Origin: Trichoplax adhaerens | Taxonomy: Eukaryota; Animalia; Placozoa | Assembly: GCF_000150275.1 (NCBI RefSeq) | Contig: NW_002060946.1 | Coordinates: forward strand, 5,866,597-5,930,596 | DNA: 64,000 bases | Reading direction: 5' to 3' | Shown: piece by piece, positions 10,927-24,020 of the stretch | Position numbering within the stretch: the first letter of the stretch is position 1 | Layout: every line of letters begins with the position of its first letter | Notes under the pieces: generated by a model | Databases searched by the model: none | Seen by the model: only the letters and a program-made list of their open reading frames with translations | What the model was told of the DNA's origin: nothing | Translations under genes and position numbers: made by a program

Positions 10927-12918
10927 AGGCGGTCGTGCTCACTATTGGACGGACAGACATTTCTGCCTCATTTCGTCATAGTATTGTGCCCAACTCTTCG
11001 TTATGGCAGCACTTGACTCCAGCATGCCGTCGGTCGACTTTGAATTGACCAAATGTTTTCTCAATCAAGTAATATTGCATTAAATCTCATTACCTATTAC
11101 AAGGTTCTGCTTGAAAACAGTTATATAAGATCATAGGCGCTATTGAAATTAGTACCAGCGATCTCGAAAACAGACACAGAAGATCCATACTAAGTAGTCA
11201 TTTTGGGATATTTCCAGCCTCATTTTTAGGAAGAAACGTCCGTCTGTCTGAGGGAAGGAAACAGTCCGGGTCTTCTGTGGTCTAAAATGGTAGTCTGAGG
11301 TTGTGATGTAGGCAGAGGTTTCATTTTTCCCCTATTGCATCAAGTTTGGGTCAGAGACTACAGTAATCAACTTCTTTTTTCATAATTGTCATACTGAACA
11401 GTTCATTTGGTATATCCCTGTCCCAAACTCGTTCTAAATCAGGTTCCTTCCCAATTCTTTCTTAAATGAAGGTATTTATTATGAAAACAATGACAAAAGA
11501 AGTTGAGTAGTCCCTGGCAATGTCAACGACTACTAAGACATGGACCACTACTGTTTTAATCGTATTTACGTATGATGTTGCAGTAGTACAACAAGATACC
11601 AACGTACCTTTGATTAGCTTAGACAAGACAGAAACAACTGGGCAAGCACTCGACAATCATAAATTAGCTAGCCATGCACTAAATGTGCTGAATGTGTCGC
11701 ATCTGGACGTATCTTAATTAATCCGCTCTTACAAATATCAATTTGGAACGAGGAGAAAGTGACACTACTCGTATTTCAGGAAACTATAACTACGAGTCTA
11801 CTGTCAGGTTTGTCCTCGCTGACATTTATCTACAGTAGTGTTATCCTCAGAGGAACTGCTATATCACTACAATAGTATGGGCAAAACTAAACCCAAACTT
11901 AATTGAAAAATCACTCAATTTACACTAAATCTACATCAATATTAGTCATCAGTTGATAGATAATATTATAAAATCATGTCGTTATCTATTAAAGAATGTA
12001 TAACATCATAGATAACGGTATGTTATCTGACATAAATAAGATAAGCATTTTGCCTAAAACTACAGTACTGTAGTGATTATAATTATCGACAACGCCACAA
12101 ATATTTTCGAATAATACCATCACTATAACTACAGTCGTCCTAGGATTGTGCTCTTGAATGAATCGTGAGTTGCTATCTGTAATAAAGTCTTCAAGGGAAT
12201 CATGGAGACTGTAGTAGAGTAAGTAGAAGGCTATTCAACTTCGTATATACGAGTATATGCTATAAAGTACTGTAGAATTCAAAATCATTCATAGACTGGA
12301 TACCATCACATCAACCAATAAACCATTCCGTAAGATCAAATGATACTCCTGCTTCAATTTTATTTCCATACACTGATCTTGAAATAAGAAACTTGTAAAA
12401 AGCCTTAGTCGAAGTATAATTGAATGATCTATTACAAAACTTGAGGCAATATAAGGTATTAAATAATCAGATAGATTTAGCTTGCGCACGATAACGACAA
12501 AGTCAGCCTAAAATAGATATGTACTGTACCCCTCATTATTAGCATCATCGAGCATCATTGCTATTGTAGAAGGACGTTATATGTTAGCCAACTTGAGTAA
12601 ACCTTTAAATTATCACTATAAAAGCCGTTGTTAATCAAGTAGGGCACTTGAAACTATTGTAAAAGAATGGATACAAGTCTGAAATTTAAATATAAGTACG
12701 AGTATGCATCAGGCATTATCTCATCATTCTCTCTATTTCTTTTACTTTATGAACTAAGAGCTTTCAGTTTTAATGAATTCTACTTTAATTCTACCATTTA
12801 ATGAATCATTAATATCTTGAATGAAGTAAACCTGGCATCAGCATGTGTCATTCACTTGCTTTTCTTGACGTCTCTAATTAGAATTTCCAAAATTTAGTCT
12901 GCGCTTGTCGGTTGAAAC

Positions 12919-15900
12919 TCATATTTGACTATTAGGATTTGCAATACCCATATGCTGACAATCCAGGTCAAACTCCGAATTAAAGACAAAATCTACAAAA
13001 GCAATGAAATACTCTTGTGTTAACGCTATAGCTTATCCAATGCCTTGAAATAGATCGCAAATCAGGATGATATAAGCAGAAAAAATTGTGGTGCTCCACG
13101 CAAGATTTTTACCTTCCCAAAGCTAATGATAATCTTACCTCTAGAGGTCGATATCACGCCACTACGATATCTTGAGGTAGCCTAAATTCGATATTAAAGT
13201 CCATAAATGCAATAAATCAATAAAAATGTTTATTAAAAGCAAAAAAATTTATACCATAAGGTGAACGAGATAGCCTCATTGCTACTACGCTTGCCACGAA
13301 CGAGTTACTTAGCATATTCTACTATAGTGAAATAACCCAATAATAAAATACGTCAAATACACTGTAAAATAGAAATTCTACTTACACTGCTTCCAAAGTG
13401 CTGATGCTTAGGTAATAAATTCTTTAAGAATCGGCCGATCAAGTTAGGACGAAATTTTCTCTCTCGGAAATTAACGCTGATCTAGAAGATAATATGTCGA
13501 GTAAGATCATATTTAGATGGCAACCAAAGACCATAATTTTGCAGTCTAGATAAGTGTAAATCGTATTGTAATCATTACCTATGGCGTGAAACTGATTTTT
13601 ATAGGTCAATGCGAAATGTTGTAAGATTACGATAATCTATTGCAAGTCTTATCAAGCTATAATGGTATGATTTTACTGTATATCCCAAAAATCTAGTATG
13701 TATAGTAGGCTAATTTCGTACTCTTTATACACACTTTCATTCTATATTAAAATGGATTTAATTACCATAGTCAAACTGAACGACTAGAATATTATCTACT
13801 GTCGACTGCATCCTACGGTAATAGTTTTATATTTTTAATATACCCAACATCAAAATACAATTTTTTACTCACACTAGGCTATAACAGAATGCAATAATTT
13901 TTCTGTGTCAAAGTAGATCTTAATAAATCACAATATTACCGTCTCAATCTACTGTAGGGCACCGTGCAGAATTTTTATTTTATGTCAAAGTACTTTTATT
14001 AATGACTATAATGTTAGTGATCAATCAAGTTGTAATGGTTTCGTTCTGGGCTAATATAGTTTTGGTTTGAGTAGCTATAGACATCTATTAATTTATCACC
14101 AAGGTAGATTACACCAAACTGCTATTAAGTTTATTCAATGCCATAGTCAATACTAAACTACCATATTCTTAGATATCGTGCACAAAAGTAAGTTTACGGG
14201 CATGGAGAATAAAGCATTGTATCATTTGATCTACCGTAGAATAGATCAAGCTGTAACAACTTAATTCTATGCCAAAATTAAATGGTGATATTTTATTAAG
14301 TACGATAAAGAATACAACCTGACGATCAAGGACACCATGAAAGAGAAAGACTTGGAATCCTTGTAGAGAGACCAAAATAGTGAAAATATAGTCTGCTACT
14401 TGATCGTTCTTAATCGGAAGAAAAAGTGCGGGAAACCAACAAAGTCCCAACAATGGCAAAAGAAGTATCGCATTACGAAGATCTCTGCATAGAAAGAGAA
14501 AAACAAATTTAAAATTCCCTTTTCATTTTTCTCACAATTATAGATCGATTGAATTTTATCATGTAAGTCGTTTCTATTATTCCAGCATATATTTAAAAAT
14601 AGAATAAAAAGAGTAATAATTGTAATTCCGAGCAATTGTAAAAATCCAGCTTAGAAAACAACCTGATAGAGAGCCATTGACTAAAACAATAAAATTTTTA
14701 TCATTTATACAACATAATCTCACTTAAAAGTGGTCAAAGTAATCGGTTGAAGTTGTCGTGAAAGTCGAGGAAGGTGTGCTTGATGAGATTGAAAATTTGT
14801 GGCACTGGCATATCTTTCTGATTCTTGTCTGCGAGCTAGTGAGTTATGCATTTTGTATATAGCACTTGATAGGATCGTCAGATTAATCTACGAAGCAATG
14901 CAACATGAAGTAAAATGAAATTGTTAGAAGGGAAATAAAAAATCAGATATTGAAATAGTTTAACAGTAAAACAGTAAAATGTTGATTCAGAAACTTTTAA
15001 TAAACTGCGAATCATATGAAGCACAACCACAGTAATTAATCTAACATCTTATATTACCAATAGAATAATAGCCAAAGGAGTGAGAAATAGCCAGATATAA
15101 GTAGAAGGTAACCAACACCTGTTATATTGGTACAAAAAATGACCAATCAATGTCTTTTATTGCATTCATTAATATCAGTCATTTTTCACGTCGCAATGAA
15201 AAACTATAAATTATGTTTAATAAACCAAACTACGAAATATCATCGATATAATTAATCGATTTATTTTACTTACACTTGCCCGCTTGGGGTATCTAAATAG
15301 GCCATAGGCCAAGCAAAATATGTTACAACGCATATTCCAGCTGGAAGAGCTATAAAGAAAGAGCATCATATCAACTCATAATTGACATTTAAAGGTAGAG
15401 TACACTTTTAGCCTTTGAGAATGTGGAAATTGTCAACTCTTCAAAGGTCTATGGTTGTGAAATAGCATGGAAACAAATCAAAGTCTATACTTACACCTAC
15501 AACACATTAGAAATCATATGAAATAAAACGCAATCTAGGCAGTTCGACAAGCTTACGTAGCATATGTATGTTAGGATGAGTAGACACTGACACTATTTTA
15601 ATTCGGACAGTTGCTATCCATTGCAGTTAGTAATCAAACCTATACTTGTATTTACTCTCTTACCCCAACCGATGAAAAGGTAGCAGAGAAACATCCTTGC
15701 ATTACTCCAATCGTGAACTACCGTGCACAAATTATACCAAGAATTAAGTAATATCCTGAACATGGATTTCTTAGCTTCATCTCTATATCTAGTTAAGGTA
15801 ATTGTCTTTAAGTACAGACAAATTCCTTCACATAATTGCCAAGTAAATATGGTAGTAAAGAGATATTGTAACGTAAGAATGATTGATGAGCATCCATTCT

Positions 15901-18900
15901 ATCGATTAAAAATAAAATAAATTAATTCATTCCGAGTAGACCTTCAACGTATGAATCACAATAAGTCGTAGTAGACTAAGGAGGTAATTTGAGTATAGCC
16001 AAAAATAAATGGATACATTACTTTGAATATCCTATTTGCATATCACCTCATATTTTATATTCGTAGTGATTGTAAATGCTAGATAAGATGCTATAATAGC
16101 GCATAATAGATTAATGTTGATGAAGGCTTTTGGAAATAGGGAAATTCTGCGATATTAAATAATATAACATTACGACTACGAAAAAGAAGGAAGCTATAGC
16201 AAATTATATTATCATCATCATCGTAGGATAACCCATCGAATGGTTAATATTTATAATAATGAAGAATGGCCTATACTGGCGCATTGGTTACTTTATATGT
16301 GATACATACCTTAATCCTGCATATAGTACCATCATAATTAAAGATCCAAATAAAGACAAGCTAAATCCAACAATCCCAATGTAGAATAATACAATTTCAT
16401 CGCCGTCAGTCCCCTAAAGGTACAAATAGTCGAAATCATCAATTATCTACAGTATAATAAAGCTCTATTTTACTTTTTACAGTCAATTTACTTAACCTAT
16501 ATAATATCTCTCAATAATTCGAATAGTTAAAATTTTAATTTAGCTACAATTCTAGAGATCCAAATGGCTTTATATTTCTATTGTTATGAAAGTCAATTTT
16601 ATAGGTTATTAAAAAACAATAATATGGAAGCCGGCATTTTGCTTAATAGCTCGAAAGGAAAATAATGAAATACTTCTACACTAATATATAATTTCTTATG
16701 TGGTCACAGTAGATAATAGATGAAGCAGAGAGTAGCCATTAATAATTCTATGATGTATCAGTGTCAAATTACAAAGAATTATAGCGTCTGGTTCGCACTT
16801 ATCCTAACAGTTTTAGTAGTGCAAGCATCATGTTAAGTACAGTACACATAGCGTACTTTATGGAATAATATCCTTGATATCCAATTTAGTTATTCGATGA
16901 TCGAATGGACATATTCCATTATTCGAATTAGAAGCAGGTTAAAGTAGTTTACTCGTAGATAATGTCATATAGGCATACAGTAAATTCTTTTTCTTCAATC
17001 AATATTTATAGTAAAAGTGAGGAATTACAGCTAACGAACAGTGGATTATTTCCTACTCGACAGTGTTTATAACAGAGTGAAAGAGGACCGAGAAAATAAC
17101 AAGTTGATTGTACGTGCGTGCATAGATCACTGGATGCTTTATCTGTAAAGTATCCAGTGGTCCTTTACAATGCTATATGTCTCTTTTCTGCTGATATTTT
17201 TAAAAGGAAGATAGAACTTACTTTGAGCATAATTTATAGTCAGTCCAGAAAAAATAGTAATAAGCCTTGAAGAGGTAAATTGAACATACTTTTCTCTAAC
17301 ACTTACAACATAATCGAAAGAAACAAGGGCAGATAGTAAATTATTTTCTTTTGCATATATTATTGATAGCAAAACCATAATTCTCAACCAACATACACGT
17401 ATATTTAAGCTCTGCCTGGTAGTATGAAGGCTGATCAAGGGATAACAGAAAACTGATATTAAAGACATTCCCTAAATGTTTATAACCTATCCATGGAGTA
17501 TTAATAAGTAGAAGGTGAACTATCACAGTACATACATCCTATAACCATATTTAAAACGTAGAATAACTATTGAAGTATAAATAGGACTTAATATGAACGT
17601 GATCGGTATCATAAATTGCCGGTACTCTACAGAAACAACTATAGCAAAACCAAGGAATAATGTCAGAGAATAGTCAATTACTTTCTTTACGTAAGTTTTC
17701 ATAGTTTTCGGATATAATGAACACTACAATTATTGCTTACGTTGCCGGTACCAGTTCCTAAAACGTTTATACTCGAGTTATAAGTTATAGTGTCATTTTT
17801 ACTTGCAGGCGGAACAGCAGCTCCAATCTCAACACAACTATTGTTGTATTGATGAAGTTCATTTAAGATTAGTAGACTATAATTTCGTGAGGTATAATTA
17901 AATTGAGATGCAGGTCCTAATAGTCGTTCAGTCGTTAATTGCCCAATAGATAAAACTGCGAGATGATAAAATGCTTGAGATAGCCAATTATGCTGCATTT
18001 TCTAAATAATAAACGAGGCTTTATTACAGGATAGCAAAATTCCTACACCATATTATCAATCTAAAATGGCCAATGTCAGCAAAAGAGTTGTGGTGTGATA
18101 TCATGCCCGTTAATATGACAGCAATTACCTGGATTGGACAAGTTGTTCCAGTATGGCTAATGTCTTGCTGTAAAATAGCTGCTGAAGTTCTAAGTAAGCA
18201 CTATATGTAAATATAGACGTAGTATAAAAATATTTGACTAGACTTACGAAGAAGATTAAAGTTCACTTCCATTTGGGTCAATATCAGTCGATCGGATTTT
18301 GTCTCAATTTAAGATTTAGAAATACTTAAAACAATATTTTAACGGCACTCACATTTGTGAGATTCCCATATCCTTCAGTATCATTCGTCTCCTTTCTAGC
18401 TAATGTAATATCATAAATAATTTGTAGAGATGTAATAGTTAAATTCTTTCCTGGAGTGTCTCCCTGGTGCTCATGGAGGAAGCTTGCCATGACATTAAGG
18501 TAATTTATGGAGTAATTCTTAGCATACGAACGGGTTAGCTGTTTATCAAATTTTATAAAATAATTGCATCTATTAGTAAAAACTCTTAGATCCAGAGAAG
18601 TTGAATTAAAATTTTACTACTAATATTAAATTACCCTCTCCTGAACTTCAGCAACAAGTACGGAGAAACAGTGACAAGTATAAGTAGGTGACCATTGATA
18701 TGTGTTACGATGGGCTAACCTGCACAATCTGCTAACATCGCCTAATAGAACGGCCATAAGTATAAGTATATATATGGCATAGATAGCATAAGTAGCACAG
18801 GCAATGAAGACAGTTAGCTAAAATAAACGAAATAAAATCATACAAACCATTTACAGTAGAATCGAAATATTGGCTACATTCAGCTATAGCTGTATGATTG

Positions 18901-21900
18901 GGATAAGTTTCTCTCCAGATAATTGTATTACTTCCAACTTGTTCTAGATTAAGCTTACAATTTGCTGCTTCTGAAAAATTGACATTGTCAGGTACATTTA
19001 CGAAATAACTGATAATTAATTGAAGGCTAGGTATTATCCTAAAACTGAAAATGAATAGATAACGGCCAAATTAGCTCATATTACCGTTCTGTAATTCTGG
19101 ACAGCCCTCACTATCTACATTTAGACCAGTCTGACAGCATAATAATGGCCTTCCATTTAGGTAATTAGATGTTTCATTTTTAATCATTGATAAAGTAATT
19201 TTATCCTATTTCGAGTTCAAGTAATGAATTATGTTATTAATTATTATTATTTTTCCTCAAAATTCAGGTTGCTTTTTCTTATATAAAAATGAAGCCACAA
19301 AAATTTTACCAATAAACTTAAAACGAACCTGTTGATCGCAAAATGGATAAGTTGATGTTTCATCAATTATTTCCAGTGCACACTTTATAAATTCAAGAAT
19401 TAATAATATTGCATAAGATTAGCATGAGGTATATGCCATTAAAATTAATACCATCAAGTACTTATATCCATACTATGAGAAATTAATATGACTTATAGAC
19501 ACTTTTACGCGTATTGTAATGCTACAAATCAAGATGTTGTTAGTTTATTGATAATATACATACGCTTGCTATTAAGTCTAACATGTCAACGTCCTTAAAA
19601 TTTTTATTTAAGTGCTGAAAAGCAACTTCTAAGCCATCCGTAAAGTACTTAGAATTAATGTTCAAGTTAATTCCTATCCTTGGCAGTTTCCGTAGAAATT
19701 GAACCGTTGCTATATGTAGTTTTTGCAGGTGATCGATCAATGTAGCGAGCGATGTACTGGACTGATTCTATATGAACAAGAAAGATGTTTTATTAAGTTC
19801 ATTATTCCAGATGGGCAGTTGAAAAAGAATGATTAAAAAGAGCTAGTTTAATTGATATTGAAGTTGTTGCTTAAATCTTGTCTTCCGATACTTGGTTAAA
19901 ATGTATATATATATAACTTTAAGCTATTTCTAATGGAGTCTATTGCGTAATAAGAACATAATTACTTTTACCTTTAAGGCATTAACGAAATGAACAATTT
20001 TCCTGCTTCGGCAATCGCAAATGTTTAACTCATGAGGATTCAGAACACATTTTTTCGTACACTTAACAGAGGTAATTCCTTCGATATCTATAGCAGAATA
20101 GAGATTTCAATGAATGTTCCATATAGTGGCAATAAATTCTAGATATTAGTATTTATTCGTAAGATCCGGCACATTAATAGTATTTGTTGCGTTATTCTAT
20201 TCTATAAATAATAACTAGTTCTTGCTACAGAAGATATATCATAATCAAAATATATATAAAACGGATTATGTCTTATCTTTAAATGCACGACACTTATTAG
20301 ATAGATATAATATACGCGTATATCTATGCCATACCATTTCGTATAGTGGAAAAATTCTGTAGTCGATTACAATTTCTATTCAATATTTTTAAAGATGGTG
20401 AAGATGGCGTCATTAATAGATTAAAGTGTACTCCAGCGATGTGGCTATCACAGAAGCAAAATCCAGGTGGCAGGCCTATATGAACATTTAAGAAGTAATA
20501 TACAATGAAAGGAAACTTAAACTTTAAGAGATCAAGCATGTACCAATTAATTATAGTATTATGCATACTTGTATAAGCAAACCCTATGTGCATGCGGTAA
20601 TAGGTACCGTAAAGGTTGATAAATTAAAAGAATGCGTTTAATCTTGACTACAATTTTAATCTTTAGACTAAATAATGCCATTTTCTATATAAATGATCTT
20701 ATGAAGCCGAGATCAACCCGATTTAAACCGCAAATTGCTTAATGTCTTAATTCAGAGTCGTATACGTGGTCTAGTGGCTTTAATTTATTTATGATATTTC
20801 TGTCACAGGGCAAGTAGTAACAATTTGCTCTGTAACCTAACCTTGAATTTAACTAGAGGGGCAGCATAAACGCTTAATTTCTATCGCCGTGTTTATTAAT
20901 TTTCGAAAAGCTATTTGAAATTATAATGCAGAGCAGTAAACTCTATGAAATAGTTATCAATTAATTAATCAGTCTGAGAAGTTATTTTATGAGCTGATCC
21001 TTTCATCGATATATAGAATACTTAATATCAAGTAATTGTTGGAAGCGAAAATTATTAATATGATTTTTGGTCTAGATATTAGTCAAAACGGGTTTGTTAA
21101 TTTATATTGCAGCGTGTAAATATAAGCACAGCAAGCTCAGTCTAGCCTCAAGCTAATTTTTTTACTGGCGTTATTTGATAAGAAACAAAAGTAGTCGCAA
21201 TAAAGTCAATAGTCTGAGACAATGTGAAATATTCTATTCAGAGCAATATGGTAAGTTAGTTGCTGTATATGTTCTAGCAATGAGCGTCATAAGGTATAGA
21301 GTAAATAAAATAACTTAAAGGTCAACTTTGCCGCATAGACGGGTACATAGGGAATTTAACCTACTTTCATTTAATTAATAAGATTATATCGTCAAGAATT
21401 AAAATAAATGAAATAAAAGATTGATGTGCATTGTTGCTATTTCATCTAATATTTCCTTAACTACGGATAAAAGTATGCTATATGCCGAAAATCAGCTATA
21501 ATTAAGGTTACATTTTAATCATAGTGATCATTCTTTACCAATCTTGTCATATTATTCAATACTGTTGTTGACACATAATAAAGTAGTATTATTAAATTAC
21601 CCTAAGATAGGATGATTAAAATTTAGAGATATTTTATATAGTATAGAGTATAACAGATGTAATATTTAAAGGAATTAAAGACATGTACACGAATTTTGAT
21701 GTGATTGCTCAGGTTTCAAGACAATCCCACCTTGTTATTTTAACTAAACAGTGATTCATATCCTCAATATGTTCCAATACATTAAATATTGTAATTAGCA
21801 TCTTTATTAACAAGTATATAGCTCAGTTGATACTATAAACTGCAGTTCAGCTCAGGAAGGCTGTCGTGAGCTGATAAATTATTGACATTTATATATAATG

Positions 21901-24020
21901 TAAATTGAAATAATCCTTCCGAAGTTCTAAAGTTTGGCTCTACAATGCTAAATTTTCATCGTCTGCCGGGATTATATAGGATTGTCAACGTTAAGCCACT
22001 AACGCAAAGCTACCTGTGATATATACCGATCACAAAATTCCAAATTTTAGAAAAATAAGGGCTTCATTGAATCTTATACAAAGATTAACTACACACAGCT
22101 CTACTCTAGCTGAACTAACTACTAAAGACTTCTAGAACGAACTAACAGAATAATCTAAAGTTGCATGCTTTTATACTTTTCGTAGCATTCGCAGCTACAA
22201 TCCGCATGGCAACCTTTTACCTTATTTTACACATAGTTAAATTATTCTTCGTAACACAATGCTACTACGGACCATCATTAATCCGATATTGACACGACTA
22301 CAGTATTTACGTAGACATTATTCACACCAGCCAAAGTACAATGAATTAATCATATCCTAACATATGATTTACAGTTCTATTTTTACCTATAACCTTATTA
22401 GTAACTCAACACCTTACTATATATAGTTATCTGTACTCTCGCATAGAGTCTATACCACTACAGTCTATAGTTATGGCTACCAAATATCTCTTAGGATAAA
22501 TATCTACCGTACATTATACTAAACATGGCTAACAGTCTACAATTACAATACTAAGTTACATTACACTACCTTTACCCTGATAACCTGAGAACTAATATTT
22601 GATCACGATCTCTATGAATCGACTAATACTATATGCTATAGCTAGTAAGCCAAGAAGAACTAGTTTGTGTATTATAATATTCGTATGCTAAATATGATAT
22701 TATTGAGTAGATGAACATTTTACCTCGGTTTTTTCTATAGGATCTAAGATCCCAGTATTAAAACCAATAAATATCATCATTGACTTAAAAGATAAGTATT
22801 AAGATAATTACTGATTGAGATTTTAATTCAGATTGTGTCACTTTGGAGTACAAATTGTGATAAACTTTATCCCCGTTATGGCAATTAACAAACATCATAA
22901 TTAGGTTACTTTGCTCAAGCATTAACAATATATCATGCGCATTTTTATAAAAAATACGATGGAAATGTAAAGTAAAACATTGACGAAGATAATACCATAA
23001 TTTCATGGTATTTTTAGATCTTGCATATGATAAGATTGTTAACAAATTAGATAGACGTAACGACATTAAAAGTTACGGTACCTTACTTTTATGCAAATTT
23101 AGTAATTTATACTTATAGCAAGAACGGTTTGGAGGAAATTAGGTCATAATTTTTTAAGTTATATTTTTTGTCATTAATCTGATGCTATCAACAAATAGAA
23201 TATCTAGCATTATAACAAGTATCCTTTCCTAGCCTGACACTTGCTCATATATTTTACTTGAAGGATAACTTCAATACAGATATTTCATTAGCCAACGTTT
23301 AGTTATAGTAATTCATTACGGATTTGTAAAGATCTCTACTAGCAACGAATAAATTGCTGTTATGAACAGTAACAGAGTGCTCATTTATTTGCGAGATAAA
23401 CTATAATTTACTGTAATGATTGCTAATAATTTAAGGTCATAATGGAAGGAGATGGCAAAATTATCTAGTTAGTAGTAAAAGATTTATCATTTCAATACCA
23501 TAATAGGCAGTTCATCACCATACAACTCAGATTCCATAAATTTTAACAATAAATCAATTAAATGAGCAAGACTGGATGAACGAATTTTTAACGACTCGTG
23601 AAAAATTTTCAGTGAAACAACTGTGATAAATCTCCAATTTTCGTGAATGTTAGCTCTGCCAACATAACCTGCCAACTGCCACTTAATCAAGAAGAATTTC
23701 TACCGGTAAATGAATGTCTATTATTTATTATACAAATTTATAGGTCAAAGACGAGGTAATAATAACCGATATTTCTCGTATTAGTTTATAAATTTTATTA
23801 TTGCTCGATTCTTAATTTACAAGCATCGTGATATGAAATTCCTGACATTTATGTCTAACTTAAATGGAAGGTCATGTTGTACAAATAGCAGGCCAAAAAA
23901 TTATTATCAAATATAATCATCTAAACTACATAATAATCCATTGAAAACTATCTTACCTTGGCTGTAAAGAAAAAGATCCAGAATCACTATCGTGAGCAAG
24001 CCAACTTGTAACCACTTCAT
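12919..24020 (-). CDS. Class-B/adhesion-type 7TM receptor, paralog A (signal peptide, 2x [HRM-like + helical], short stalk, 7tm_2; no GPS)
   Basis: About 21 phase-compatible exons. Signal exon 24020-23957 (MKWLQVGLLTIVILDLFLYSQ); 20475-20335; ~20087-19972; ~19768-19564; ~19382-19329; ~19205-19085. HRM exons ~18970-18848 (C..IIWRETYPNHTAIAECSQYF) and ~18742-18635 (RLC..QWSPTYTCHCFS); ~18538-18353; ~18201-18129; ~18002-17741. TM1 ~16413-16310; TM2 ~16146-16047; TM3-4 ~15898-15664 (WQLCEG...FIGWG); ~15349-15275; ~15118-15058 (CWLP); ~14888-14724; TM6-7 ~14485-14319 (LLPLLGLCW...SLQGFQVFLFHG). Tail exons 13481-13386, 13181-13139 and 12992-12919. Confidence 0.85.

Noticed and set aside
11520-11717. 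MDHYC and CTKCAECV words suggesting a DHHC palmitoyltransferase
   Set aside because: The motifs are in the wrong order and separated by stop codons.
13255-13320. Possible extra tail exon in paralog A
   Set aside because: Including it leads to an early stop; skipping it gives the same three-exon tail phase pattern as paralog B.
17139-17526. ORFs in the intron before TM1 of paralog A as a possible hidden GPS exon
   Set aside because: No Cys/Trp/HLT pattern, and the flanking exons already join in phase 0.
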